DNA from: Rickettsia typhi
Lineage (GTDB): Bacteria > Pseudomonadota > Alphaproteobacteria > Rickettsiales > UBA1997
Assembly: GCA_945875925.1 (NCBI GenBank)
Contig: CAMCME010000001.1
Location: 4,656 to 68,655 of the forward strand
Length of the DNA: 64,000 nt
Direction: 5' to 3'
This document shows positions 6,864 through 16,404 of this stretch, in pieces; position 1 is the first letter of the stretch; every line of letters starts with the position of its first letter. The position numbers and the translations under genes are program-made. The notes beneath the pieces are model-generated. The model did no database searches and had not been told where the DNA came from. It saw only the letters and a list, made by a program, of their open reading frames with translations.

Positions 6864-8132
6864 TTACACTTTTGCAGCAATATCCTTTCTAACAAATCCA
6901 CCTTTCCAATCTATCAAATCAATAACTTCGTAAGCCTTGTTGCGAGAGGTTTCGAAAGAATAAGAACTGGCAACAATGTTTAAAACTCGACCACCATTTG
7001 CAACAACTTTTCCATCCACAAATTCAGTGCCCGCATGGAGAACTTTTATACCAGAAACTTCTTTCGCCTTGTCTAAATTTTTAATTTCAGAACCTTTTTC
7101 ATAACTTTCTGGATAACCATTTGCAGCCAAAACCACACAAACTAATTTTTTATCTTCATCAAATTCAACTGTGATTTTATCAAGATTTCCATCAATTGCA
7201 GCTTCTATTAAATAAATAAAATCTGTTTTAATTCTTGGCAAAATAACCTGTGTTTCTGGATCGCCAAAGCGCACATTAAATTCTAATAATTTCGCCTCAT
7301 TTTTATCAATCATCAAACCCGCAAATAAAATTCCAGTAAAAGGCGTGCCTGCTTTTTTCATGCCGCGCAAAGTTGGCTTGATGATTTTTTCGATAATTTT
7401 TTCTTCCATTTGCGCATCGATAAATGGAGATGGCGAATAAGTTCCCATGCCGCCCGTATTTGGACCAGTATCATTCTCACCAACTTTTTTATGATCATGC
7501 GCAAAGCCCAAAGCCGTGAAATTTTTGCCATCACAAAGCACAAAATAACTAGCTTCAAAGCCATTTAAAAATTCTTCGATAATTATTTTTTGGCCTGCTT
7601 CACCAAATTTTCCTGAGAAAATTTCTGCGATTGATTCTTCAGCTTCAGCCAAATTTTGCGCAATGATTACGCCCTTTCCTGCCGCAAGTCCATCGGCTTT
7701 AATCACACAAGGAAATCCTAATTTTTTAGCAAATTCTATAGCCGCTGTGCTTTCAAAAAAAGATTCGTAAGCGGCAGTTGGAACTGAGTTATCGCGGGCA
7801 ATTTTTTTCATAAAAATTTTTGAACCCTCAAGCTGCGCGGCATATTTAGAAGGGCCAAAAGCGCGAATTCCTGATTTTTGCAAATCGTCAACAAGGCCAG
7901 CCACTAAAGGCTGTTCAGGTCCTACAAAAACGAAATCGATTTTTTCATTTTTACAAAATTCGATAATTTTTTGATGTTCATCAATCTTGATTGCCGAAAT
8001 AATTTCAGCAATTTCGCTAATTCCGGCATTTCCTGGCAAAGCAAAAAGTTTCTCTAGTTTAGGAGATTTTCTAAATTGCTCGCAAATGGCGTGTTCTCTG
8101 CCGCCAGAGCCGATTACTAGAATTCTTTTCAT
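6864..8132 (-). CDS. purD: Phosphoribosylamine--glycine ligase
   Basis: MKRILVIGSGGREHA, ATP-grasp core, GGMGTYSP, EFNVRFGDPE motifs. Confidence 0.95.
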   Translation of the reverse strand: MKRILVIGSGGREHAICEQFRKSPKLEKLFALPGNAGISEIAEIISAIKIDEHQKIIEFCKNEKIDFVFVGPEQPLVAGLVDDLQKSGIRAFGPSKYAAQLEGSKIFMKKIARDNSVPTAAYESFFESTAAIEFAKKLGFPCVIKADGLAAGKGVIIAQNLAEAEESIAEIFSGKFGEAGQKIIIEEFLNGFEASYFVLCDGKNFTALGFAHDHKKVGENDTGPNTGGMGTYSPSPFIDAQMEEKIIEKIIKPTLRGMKKAGTPFTGILFAGLMIDKNEAKLLEFNVRFGDPETQVILPRIKTDFIYLIEAAIDGNLDKITVEFDEDKKLVCVVLAANGYPESYEKGSEIKNLDKAKEVSGIKVLHAGTEFVDGKVVANGGRVLNIVASSYSFETSRNKAYEVIDLIDWKGGFVRKDIAAKV

Positions 8133-8291
8133 AGTTTTACTTAGCTTTTATTAATCTATTTATTTTGGGAGTTGCTTTTCTTTCTTGATTTTGCTGATCC
8201 AAAAAAATTTAATCAGTGATCTTTTAAAAAATCTATATCAGACTGGTCCCATAGAATAACTAAATCTCAATAACTAAATCTTTCAAAGAAA

Positions 8292-8963
8292 ATGAGCTTA
8301 AAAGAACATACCGTAAAATCTTACGACTTAGATTTACAATCAATTGCCAGCACAATTGACGAGATGATGCATTTGGTGATGACTTCAGTTGATATGGTTG
8401 CTGCCATGATCAGCCATAAAGGAGATTATAGCGAGAAGGATTTTCTAGAAAAAATTACTAGCCATGATTACAAAATTAACACTTTAGACTTTTTGATTGA
8501 AAGAAAAGTGACTACTATGCTTGCGCTTCGACAACCGATGGCTGTTGATTTGCGCTATATTGTTTCAGCTTTAAAAGTTTCTTCAAATTTAGAAAGAATT
8601 GGCGATCAGGCTAAAAGCATTATCAAAAAAATTGATCGTATCGGCACTCAGGCCTTTGATGCAGAAGTTAAAAAATCTATGTTCGACATGGCTGAATTAT
8701 CAAAAGAAATGGTGCGCAATTCAGTTATCGCCTTCAATGATCAAAATCATCAATTGGCTAACGAAGTATTGAAACAAGATGATAAAATTGACAGTATTTA
8801 CAGCAGCTTGTTTGCGATTTTAGAAAATGACAGTTTCAGCAAAAGCCAAGCTGAAGAAATGATTAATATTTTATTCATTGCTAAAAGTTTTGAACGCTTG
8901 GCTGATCACTCAACCAATATTGCTGACATTGCTAAATATGTTATAACCGGAGAAACCAAGTAA
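8292..8963 (+). CDS. phoU: Phosphate signalling complex protein PhoU
   Basis: Two PhoU repeats, each ending in an (E)R(I/L)(G/A)DH/Q-type motif ([21 protein letters not shown]). Confidence 0.85.
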   Translation: MSLKEHTVKSYDLDLQSIASTIDEMMHLVMTSVDMVAAMISHKGDYSEKDFLEKITSHDYKINTLDFLIERKVTTMLALRQPMAVDLRYIVSALKVSSNLERIGDQAKSIIKKIDRIGTQAFDAEVKKSMFDMAELSKEMVRNSVIAFNDQNHQLANEVLKQDDKIDSIYSSLFAILENDSFSKSQAEEMINILFIAKSFERLADHSTNIADIAKYVITGETK

Positions 8964-8965
8964 TC

Positions 8966-9949
8966 ATGGAAACGCGCGAAGATAAACGAGAAAGCGGACA
9001 GATCGCTAAACTTGATAATAAGGATTTGATGGGTTTTGCCAAATCTGCTCCGAAAGAAACCATGGCCAGAAAGCCTGACTGGATTAGAGTGAAAGCACCT
9101 GTTTCTAAGGGATATTACGAAACTAAAGAACTTCTAAATAAAAATAAATTACACACAGTTTGCGAAGAAGCAGCTTGCCCAAATATTGGCGAATGCTGGG
9201 CTCAAAAGCATGCAACCGTTATGATTCTTGGTTCAGTTTGCACTCGCGCTTGTTCATTTTGCAATATTGAAACTGGCAAACCTGACACGGTTAATCCGCA
9301 CGAACCATACAATGTTGCCGAAGTTGCCAAAGTTTCTGGCCTTAAACATATCGTAATTACTTCAGTGGACCGTGATGATTTAGCCGATGGCGGAGCAGAT
9401 CAATTTGTGAAATGTGTTGAACAAATTCGCATTTCTTCTCCTTCAACCACTATCGAAATTTTAACTCCTGATTTCCTTCGCAAAGATGGCGCTTTAGAAA
9501 AAGTTGTCGCGTCAAAACCAGATGTATTTAATCACAATATCGAAACTGTTCCAGGCCTTTACGCTACAATTCGTCCAGGCGCGCGCTATTTCCATTCTTT
9601 ATGGCTTTTAAAAAGAGTTAAAGAAATTGATCCAACAATGTTCACAAAATCTGGTTTGATGGTGGGCCTTGGCGAAACTAAAGATCAAGTTTTGCAAGTG
9701 ATGGATGATATGCGCTGCGCTGACATTGATTTCTTAACAATAGGTCAATATTTACGCCCTACTTTGCGCCATGCTCCTGTTGATCGTTATGTTCATCCTG
9801 ACGAGTTCGATTTCTATAAAAAAATGGCTTACAATAAAGGGTTTTTGATGGTTTCTTCTAGTCCTTTAACTCGCTCTTCATATCACGCCGGAGATGATTT
9901 TGCCAAGATGAGAGATGAAAGAGTTAGAAGATTGTCGGTGAAAAATTAA
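8966..9949 (+). CDS. lipA: Lipoyl synthase
   Basis: [13 protein letters not shown] and radical-SAM CTRACSFC cysteine clusters. Confidence 0.95.
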   Translation: METREDKRESGQIAKLDNKDLMGFAKSAPKETMARKPDWIRVKAPVSKGYYETKELLNKNKLHTVCEEAACPNIGECWAQKHATVMILGSVCTRACSFCNIETGKPDTVNPHEPYNVAEVAKVSGLKHIVITSVDRDDLADGGADQFVKCVEQIRISSPSTTIEILTPDFLRKDGALEKVVASKPDVFNHNIETVPGLYATIRPGARYFHSLWLLKRVKEIDPTMFTKSGLMVGLGETKDQVLQVMDDMRCADIDFLTIGQYLRPTLRHAPVDRYVHPDEFDFYKKMAYNKGFLMVSSSPLTRSSYHAGDDFAKMRDERVRRLSVKN

Positions 9950-9981
9950 TTTTCTACGCTTGAAGAGATGGACCATGCACT

Positions 9982-10069
9982 TATACCAAATCTAAAATCT
10001 ATTGATATTGTTTGATTTGGTATATCGGGGATCCCCGCAAAGCGGGGCGCACCTCATGGTGCGTAAAAA
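9982..10069 (-). repeat. Repeat family B copy (reverse orientation)
   Basis: TATACCAAAT..ATTTGGTATA hairpin (9982-10024), then TCGGGGATCCCCGCAAAGCGGGGCGCACCTCATGGTGCGTAAAAA. Its reverse complement aligns with the 4658 and 26322 copies. Confidence 0.8.
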
Positions 10070-10074
10070 TTAAC

Positions 10075-10108
10075 TATACCAATATCTAAAGAATTCAGAT
10101 TTGGTATA
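10075..10108. repeat. TATACCAA...TTTGGTATA hairpin element (family C)
   Basis: TATACCAATATCTAAAGAATTCAGATTTGGTATA. Confidence 0.7.
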
Positions 10109-10140
10109 GTGAGTATAATCCTTCTCTTCACTAGTGCAAA

Positions 10141-10617
10141 TTACTTATCTTTAAAAACTTCCCTTCCCAATTTCTGTAAAATTTCCGCCAAATCTCGGTC
10201 TTCTATTTCCACAACTTTTTCTGCCAAGAATTTTTCTTGAGCCGCTGGAAGCTTTATTTCAATAGCTTTACCGAAATTAACTTCTTTGGGTTCTTGCTTA
10301 ATTATGATTTTAGAAATTGCTTTATAGCCATAAAGCATGGCAATTTTTTCTAATAAAAATTCTGAATTATTTTCTAAAAAAAACCCCACCGAAGAGTTGT
10401 AAACACCGATTACCAGCTTGGCGCTTTTTTCTGACTTATCAAAATTTATCGATTTTGGATAAGAAAATGGCGCATATTTTTTACCAATAATTTCTGGCCA
10501 ATTTTTTACTAAATTATTGATGATGACGAATTCTTTTTTACTTCCAGCAAAGATTGGTTTGAGTAAGTTGGAAATTTTTTGATCAATTGATTGTAAGCCG
10601 TAGGTTGGTTTTTTCAT
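10141..10617 (-). CDS. DUF721/DciA-like protein
   Basis: 158 aa. The pattern NWPEIIGKKYAPFSYPKSI ... KLVIGVYNSSVGFFLEN fits my recollection of DUF721; not searched. Confidence 0.4.
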   Translation of the reverse strand: MKKPTYGLQSIDQKISNLLKPIFAGSKKEFVIINNLVKNWPEIIGKKYAPFSYPKSINFDKSEKSAKLVIGVYNSSVGFFLENNSEFLLEKIAMLYGYKAISKIIIKQEPKEVNFGKAIEIKLPAAQEKFLAEKVVEIEDRDLAEILQKLGREVFKDK

Positions 10618-10697
10618 GGATTTATTAACTTAAGTAAAAGGCACTTTCTCGGTTTAAAGCCTCCTTTTTAAGGAGGGAAGAAGTTAAAGATCTCTCC

Positions 10698-11567
10698 TTA
10701 ATTAGAATGATAGTTACTTAAAATCTTACTCTTTCTAACAAAAAACTCGGGGAATTTTTTCGTGAAATTTTGGTAAGCAATTTCCAACTGATCTTCGCTG
10801 TCAAAAATCGCAAAACAAGTTGATCCACTTCCCGACATTTTGGCAATCTCAGCACCTTCATTTTTCATCTCATCTAAAATTTCAGCAATCTTGGCAGCAT
10901 TAGCAATTGCTGACTTGGTTAGACAATTTGGCAAGGTTTTTATCAATTCTAAAACATCTATTCTTTGTAAGATCGCATTTGAAATTTCTTGAGAAAAATT
11001 GCCGTCAAATTTCGAAAAAATTTCTTTGGTGGAAAGATGAATTTTTGGATTAATTAGCAAAGTTGGAATTGGCTTAAAGCTAGAAAAATTCTCAATCAAT
11101 TCTCCGCAGCCCTTCACAATTGAAGCTTGGTCTTCAAAGAAAAAAGCAATATCTGAACCAAAGTTTATTGAGATTTTTTGCAATTCTATTTTGGAAAGTT
11201 TAAGAGAAAAAATTTCATTCAAAGCTTTCATAAAAAAAGCTGCATCTGAAGAACCACCACCAAGGCCAGCTCCTACTGGAATATTCTTAGTAATTTTAAT
11301 GTGAAGGTTTTTAGAAATTTTAAATTGATCAGCGAAATAATTTAGAATTTTCGTGAAAAGATTGTTTTTTTCGTCAACCAATTCTCCAAATTCTCCAACT
11401 ATTTCTATTTGTGGATTTTCTAAATTCTGTGAAAGTTTTGTCACTTCCAGCTCATCTGCCAAATCTAAGAATGCAAAAAGAGATTCTAATTCATGATAAC
11501 CATTTGGCCTTTTACCAGTAAGCTTCAGAAATAAATTTATTTTTGCAGGGCATGAAACTTTAAACAT
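10698..11567 (-). CDS. ispE: 4-diphosphocytidyl-2-C-methyl-D-erythritol kinase
   Basis: PAKINLFLKL and the GHMP kinase motif PVGAGLGGGSSDAA. Confidence 0.85.
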   Translation of the reverse strand: MFKVSCPAKINLFLKLTGKRPNGYHELESLFAFLDLADELEVTKLSQNLENPQIEIVGEFGELVDEKNNLFTKILNYFADQFKISKNLHIKITKNIPVGAGLGGGSSDAAFFMKALNEIFSLKLSKIELQKISINFGSDIAFFFEDQASIVKGCGELIENFSSFKPIPTLLINPKIHLSTKEIFSKFDGNFSQEISNAILQRIDVLELIKTLPNCLTKSAIANAAKIAEILDEMKNEGAEIAKMSGSGSTCFAIFDSEDQLEIAYQNFTKKFPEFFVRKSKILSNYHSN

Positions 11568-12466
11568 TAGAAAATGTAATTCGGCACAATTTCTTCAACT
11601 GATTTTGGATTTATAGCGAAGTCTTTTTTAAAATTATCTTCACTCAAAACATTGTCTGTTTTCAGCAATTCAACTTGATCGCGAGTAAGAATTTTTTTGG
11701 TAACAATTTCTAAGAAAAACGCCACCAAATTTGCTTGATAAAATGGTAAATTAGCAAATTTAACATCTTTTCCAACATAGCTTGAAACCAATTCCATCAA
11801 GCGTTTGAAGCTGTAAACTTTATCTCCACCAATTTCATAAATTCTGGCTGGAGTTTTTTTGCCGCAAATAATTTTGCAGATAATTTCAGTTACATCTTCC
11901 ACATAAATTGGCTGAAATTTTGTTTCTCCATTATTTATCAAAGGCAGGATTCTCAAAGTTCTCGCGGTTCTAGCAAATTTTCTGAAGAAATTATCTTGGG
12001 GGCCAAAAATAATTGAAGGGCGCAAAATTGTGGCGTCAGGAAAGTTAGCTAAAACTAATTTTTCACCTGCAACTTTACTTACGCCATATTTAGAATTTAG
12101 AGCTTTCTCAGTCGCCAAAGCTGAAATATGAACCAAGTGTTTCACCTTTTGTTTCTTGCATTCTTCGGCAATTTTTCCAGCCAAATCTGTGTGATATTTC
12201 TTGAAATCGCCTTTGTGATTTTCAGCTAAAATTCCGACCAAATTTATTACTACATCACCGCCTTTAATTATTTTTTCTAGGTCAGAATATTTTTCATAAT
12301 TCCAATGCACTAAAGATAAAAAATCAGGACCCGCAAAAGTTTTTAAGAAGGCTGATTTTTCTTTATCGCGAGTAACAATTTTAACGCGGAAGTTTTTTTT
12401 AAGAAGTTTTGGGATTAGGTTAACACCTAGAAAACCCGAGCCTCCGAAGATAATTACTGTTTTCAT
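11567..12466 (-). CDS. NAD(P)-binding SDR, complex I NDUFA9-like family
   Basis: Rossmann motif IFGGSGFLG, YGVSK (YxxxK), atypical-SDR length of 299 aa. Confidence 0.7.
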   Translation of the reverse strand: MKTVIIFGGSGFLGVNLIPKLLKKNFRVKIVTRDKEKSAFLKTFAGPDFLSLVHWNYEKYSDLEKIIKGGDVVINLVGILAENHKGDFKKYHTDLAGKIAEECKKQKVKHLVHISALATEKALNSKYGVSKVAGEKLVLANFPDATILRPSIIFGPQDNFFRKFARTARTLRILPLINNGETKFQPIYVEDVTEIICKIICGKKTPARIYEIGGDKVYSFKRLMELVSSYVGKDVKFANLPFYQANLVAFFLEIVTKKILTRDQVELLKTDNVLSEDNFKKDFAINPKSVEEIVPNYIF

Positions 12467-12496
12467 TTTATGATATTGTGAAGTTAAATAAATCTT

Positions 12497-12617
12497 TCAT
12501 TTCGACTAAACTTAGCATTTCGACTAAACCCGTCATTTCGAGCGCAGCGAGAAATCTCATGAGTCTTAAGTTTCGAGTTTCAACTCATAAGATTTCTCGC
12601 TGCGCTCGAAATGACAG
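12497..12617. repeat. Palindromic repeat family A copy with leading tandem partial repeats
   Basis: CGTCATTTCGAGCGCAGCGAGAAATCTCATGAGT (12531-12564) pairs with ACTCATAAGATTTCTCGCTGCGCTCGAAATGACAG (12583-12617). Preceded by two copies of CATTTCGACTAAAC. Confidence 0.85.
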
Positions 12618-12646
12618 TTTGGTGGAATGACGATCTGTTTTTTCGG

Positions 12647-14170
12647 CTAATTCGTTGCCAGAACAATTGCGTAATTAGCATTTGCTCTTTTGATAAATAG
12701 GAAAAGTTTTTTGGTTGTTTTTTTGCTTTCTTCAACGGCCTTTCTTAAATCTTCCAAAGATTTAATCGAAACTTGATTGGCCGATAAAATAATATCTCCA
12801 ATCAACACGCCCTTATCTGCTGCTTCTGATTTAATTGCCACATCGGCCACAAACAAACCATCAATATTCACATTCTTTTCTTTCTTTAATTTCTCAGAAA
12901 ATTCGACTAAACCAATGCCAAGAATTTGTGCAGTTGGTTTAAAAATTGGTTTCTTGGCTGTTGGCTGTTTAACTTCTACAGGTTTAGTTTCTTCGTCTTT
13001 CAATTTAGAAACTTTAATATTTAGAATTTTAACTTTGCCGCGTCTGATAATAGTGATTTTTGAATCTTTGCCAATTGGGGTTTTAGCCACAGTTTTTGGC
13101 AACATTTTCATTTCATTAATATCTTGGTCATCAAATTTAATGATGATGTCTGTAGGCAAAATTCCCGCTTTTTCTGCAGGCCCGTCTCTTGTAACTTCAA
13201 CCACAAAAGCGCCTCTAACTTTTTCCATTTTCATAGATTCAGCAATTTCAGGTGTGATGTCTTGAACTGAAACTCCAAGCCAACCGCGAGTAACTTCGCC
13301 TTGATCTTTTAGCTGTTTAATAATTTGCGCTGCAATTGAAGAGGGTGTGGCAAAACCAATACCAACATTGCCCCCTGACGGCGAAATTATTGCCGTGCTA
13401 ACTCCAATTACTTCACCTTTTAAATTAAACATTGGACCACCCGAATTGCCTTTATTAATGGCGGCGTCAGTTTGGATAAATTCGTTAGATTGGCCATTTG
13501 CAATGTCGCGGCCTTTGGCAGAAACAATTCCGACAGAAACTGAACCGCTGAAACCATAAGGATTTCCGATCACAATTACCCAATCGCCAATTCTTGATTT
13601 GCTAGAATCGCCAAATTTCACAAATTTAAATTCTTTGTCAGATTCAATTTTAAGCAAAGCCAAGTCGGTTTTTTTATCAATTCCCACCACTTTTGCTTTG
13701 TATTTTGTGCCGTCATTTAAGCTGGCTGTGATCTCGCTTGCATCATCAACTAAGTGATTATTGGTGACGATGAAACCATCTTTAGAAATTAAGAATCCTG
13801 AACCATCAGAAGTAACTTTTTTCTTCTGATTAATTTTGCGTTGGCCTTCAGCCTGATTTTTAAAATCTTCAAATATTTTTGGTAATTCGTCAGTGATAAC
13901 TTGGTTGGTAGCCGCGCTGTTAGAGACTTCTTGAACAACCGAAATATTCACCACCGCAGGCAGCAAAGACTCAACTTCATTAGCAAAACCTGTGAAAGCC
14001 ATTTGTTTAGGAGAAGCTGCAACGCTAAGTTTTAAAGCTTGTTGCGCAGGTTTTTCTTCAGCCCAAAGTGTTTCTTGAAAAGCAAGAGAAGCTACAAAAA
14101 CAACAGCAGCGAGTTTCAAATGAATTGTGATATTTTTATTTAACATTCCCAAAATATTTAAAAAATTCAC
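12647..14170 (-). CDS. htrA: Periplasmic serine endoprotease DegP/HtrA family
   Basis: Signal peptide, catalytic GNSGGPMFN, two PDZ-like regions. Follows hflKC. The start may be the downstream Met (14146). Confidence 0.9.
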   Translation of the reverse strand: MNFLNILGMLNKNITIHLKLAAVVFVASLAFQETLWAEEKPAQQALKLSVAASPKQMAFTGFANEVESLLPAVVNISVVQEVSNSAATNQVITDELPKIFEDFKNQAEGQRKINQKKKVTSDGSGFLISKDGFIVTNNHLVDDASEITASLNDGTKYKAKVVGIDKKTDLALLKIESDKEFKFVKFGDSSKSRIGDWVIVIGNPYGFSGSVSVGIVSAKGRDIANGQSNEFIQTDAAINKGNSGGPMFNLKGEVIGVSTAIISPSGGNVGIGFATPSSIAAQIIKQLKDQGEVTRGWLGVSVQDITPEIAESMKMEKVRGAFVVEVTRDGPAEKAGILPTDIIIKFDDQDINEMKMLPKTVAKTPIGKDSKITIIRRGKVKILNIKVSKLKDEETKPVEVKQPTAKKPIFKPTAQILGIGLVEFSEKLKKEKNVNIDGLFVADVAIKSEAADKGVLIGDIILSANQVSIKSLEDLRKAVEESKKTTKKLFLFIKRANANYAIVLATN

Positions 14171-14999
14171 TATCAGGCGAAATTACCATCTTGGTTCTGT
14201 CACTTTGAATAGCTGTTTTATATGCGTTCATTGAGCGATAAAAATCTGCAAATTCAGGATCTTTGCCATAAGCATTAGCATAAATTTTATTTGATTCAGA
14301 TTCGCCATTTCCGCGAGTCAAGTCCGATTTTTTCTTAGCTTCAGCCAAGATAATGGTTTTTTCTTTATCAGCTTCAGCGCGAATTTTTTGCGCTTCTTCC
14401 GCACCATTGGCGCGAATTTCACGAGCTTCTTTTTCGCGTTCAGTTTGCATGCGCGCAAAAATCGCCTCGCTATTTTCCTTCGGCAAGTCCGCTCTCATAA
14501 TTCTGACATCAATAATTTTCACGCCGAAAATTTCTGATTCTTTGGCCACCACTTCTTTAATTTTAGTCATGATGTCAACGCGGTTCACTGTAAGAAGTTC
14601 GATAAGTGGAACTTCACCGATAATTTGTCTTAAACTAGAATCTAAAATACCAGAAAGCTTGTTATGCAAACCCTGAAAACTGCGCACCGTGGTGTAAAAT
14701 TTTAGCGGATCAGTAATTTGATATTTAGCGAAAGCATTAATGATTAAACGCTTTTGGTCAGAAGCAATAACTTCTTGTTCAGCAATTGCTAAATCGATGA
14801 TTCTTTTGTCGAAGAAAATCGTATTTTGTAAAAATGGTAATTTAAATTTGATACCAGGAGTGTCTATCACTTTAACTGGCTCGCCAAATTGCAAAACCAA
14901 AACTTGCTGTCTTTGATCAACTGTAAACATAGCGCTGTTGATCAAAAATAAAGCCACTGAAGCGGCGATTAAAATTTGAATCGTTCTTTTTTCATTCAT
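14136..14999 (-). CDS. hflC: Protease modulator HflC
   Basis: N-terminal TM and SPFH/band-7 domain, downstream of hflK. Confidence 0.9.
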   Translation of the reverse strand: MNEKRTIQILIAASVALFLINSAMFTVDQRQQVLVLQFGEPVKVIDTPGIKFKLPFLQNTIFFDKRIIDLAIAEQEVIASDQKRLIINAFAKYQITDPLKFYTTVRSFQGLHNKLSGILDSSLRQIIGEVPLIELLTVNRVDIMTKIKEVVAKESEIFGVKIIDVRIMRADLPKENSEAIFARMQTEREKEAREIRANGAEEAQKIRAEADKEKTIILAEAKKKSDLTRGNGESESNKIYANAYGKDPEFADFYRSMNAYKTAIQSDRTKMVISPDSEFFKYFGNVK

Positions 15000-15021
15000 A
15001 AATCAAATCAATTTTAGTTAA

Positions 15022-16284
15022 TTATTTCGTTAAATTATTTGCTGCTGGAATTGGCGTTTGCTTAGGCAAATCATTCAATGGAAAATATGGCATCACGCCT
15101 GCTCTTGAAGCATTTTTATCGATTATAATTTTATCCGTATCGCGATAAATCGCTTCCATAGTTTCAAGATAAATTCGTTTTTTCGTAACTTGTTTAGCTT
15201 TAGAATATTGATTATACACCGACATGAAACGACCAGCTTCACCTTGAGAATTTGCAATAACTTCTTGGCGGAAAGCTTCGGCTTGTTGAGACATTTCAGC
15301 CGCTAAACCTCTAGCGCGCGGAATGATGTCATTGGCGTAAGATTGGGCTTGGTTAATTTCTTTTTCTTTGTCGGCTTTTGCAGTTTGCACATCGCGGAAA
15401 GCGTCAATAACTTGTGAAGGCGGATCAACACGACGCATTTGCACCAGCACAACTCGCACACCAGCTCCGTAAGAATCTAAAACTTGTTGCATCAAATCTT
15501 TAGTTTCTACTTCAATTTTTTTCTTACCGTCAGATAAAGCATTAGCAATTGGAGTGCGCGCTATCACTTCTCGCATCGCGCTTTCTGCACTTTTTCTTAT
15601 GGCCAAATTTGGTTCAGCAATATTGAAAACAAAATCTTTAATATCAGCAATTTGCCATTGAACTTGAAATTCAATATCCACGATATTTTCGTCTCCTGTA
15701 AGCATCAGGCTTTCAGCTTCTAGGTTTCTATCTTTACTTTTTGAGTTAGAAGTGAATCCAAATTCTTCAGTATTAACGGTAGTTACACTTTTCTTGATAA
15801 CTTGTCCGAAAGGAAAAGGAACGTGGTAGTTGAGCCCAGGAGTTGCAATGCTATAGAACTTTCCGAAATAAAGCACCACGCCATTTTCGTCAGAATCAAT
15901 TTTGTAAACACCACTCATCAACCACAAAAATACAACACCTAAAATGATTAGGCCTATTAGTGATTTTGGTGATTTATTTTCAGGTCTTTTAAAAATATTT
16001 CTTCTCGAACCATTTTTTTTATCACCGAAAATTCCACCAAAAAAATCTTCAATTTTTTTTACGAAATCATCAAAATCTGCTGTCGGTTTTTTATTTTGCC
16101 CCGAATTGCCATTGCCGAAATTTGGTTTAGAACCTTTATTTTCAGACTCTTTGGCGCCTGAATCTTGTGGCTTAGAACCACCTTGCCCTGAATTTCCGCC
16201 TGTATCTCCCCCCGAATTACCCCAAGGGCCTTTAAATTCCAGATTGCCTAGATTTAATTTTAAACCATGCATTTTTGTCGTCAT
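15022..16284 (-). CDS. hflK: Protease modulator HflK
   Basis: Gly/Asn-rich N-terminus, TM helix, SPFH domain. The hflK-hflC-htrA order is typical. Confidence 0.9.
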   Translation of the reverse strand: MTTKMHGLKLNLGNLEFKGPWGNSGGDTGGNSGQGGSKPQDSGAKESENKGSKPNFGNGNSGQNKKPTADFDDFVKKIEDFFGGIFGDKKNGSRRNIFKRPENKSPKSLIGLIILGVVFLWLMSGVYKIDSDENGVVLYFGKFYSIATPGLNYHVPFPFGQVIKKSVTTVNTEEFGFTSNSKSKDRNLEAESLMLTGDENIVDIEFQVQWQIADIKDFVFNIAEPNLAIRKSAESAMREVIARTPIANALSDGKKKIEVETKDLMQQVLDSYGAGVRVVLVQMRRVDPPSQVIDAFRDVQTAKADKEKEINQAQSYANDIIPRARGLAAEMSQQAEAFRQEVIANSQGEAGRFMSVYNQYSKAKQVTKKRIYLETMEAIYRDTDKIIIDKNASRAGVMPYFPLNDLPKQTPIPAANNLTK

Positions 16285-16404
16285 GTGTATTGAAGATTTA
16301 TTTTTAGTTAGAGCAATGCTACTTGAAACTTGAAGAAATTTGTCTTGATATCAGCTTTTAAGCATATTTGTTAAGCCACATTTTATAATTAAATTATTTT
16401 GCAA

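Noticed and set aside
8255-8282. Tandem 14-bp direct repeat AATAACTAAATCT(C/T) just upstream of phoU, considered as a Pho box.
   Set aside because: It does not resemble the CTGTCAT-type 7-bp/11-bp-period Pho box. Only two units are present, in very AT-rich DNA, so it could be chance.
12777-13265. Long antisense ORFs inside well-supported genes. Examples: 1288-1518, 1555-1752, 12777-13265, 13347-13559, 14353-14676, 15944-16333, 17738-18082, 33052-33510, 42136-42444, 57742-58227, 63255-63536.
   Set aside because: Each lies fully within a gene that has clear family motifs on the other strand. Their translations are low-complexity or hydrophobic strings typical of the reverse frames of AT-rich genes. 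No independent evidence supports them.
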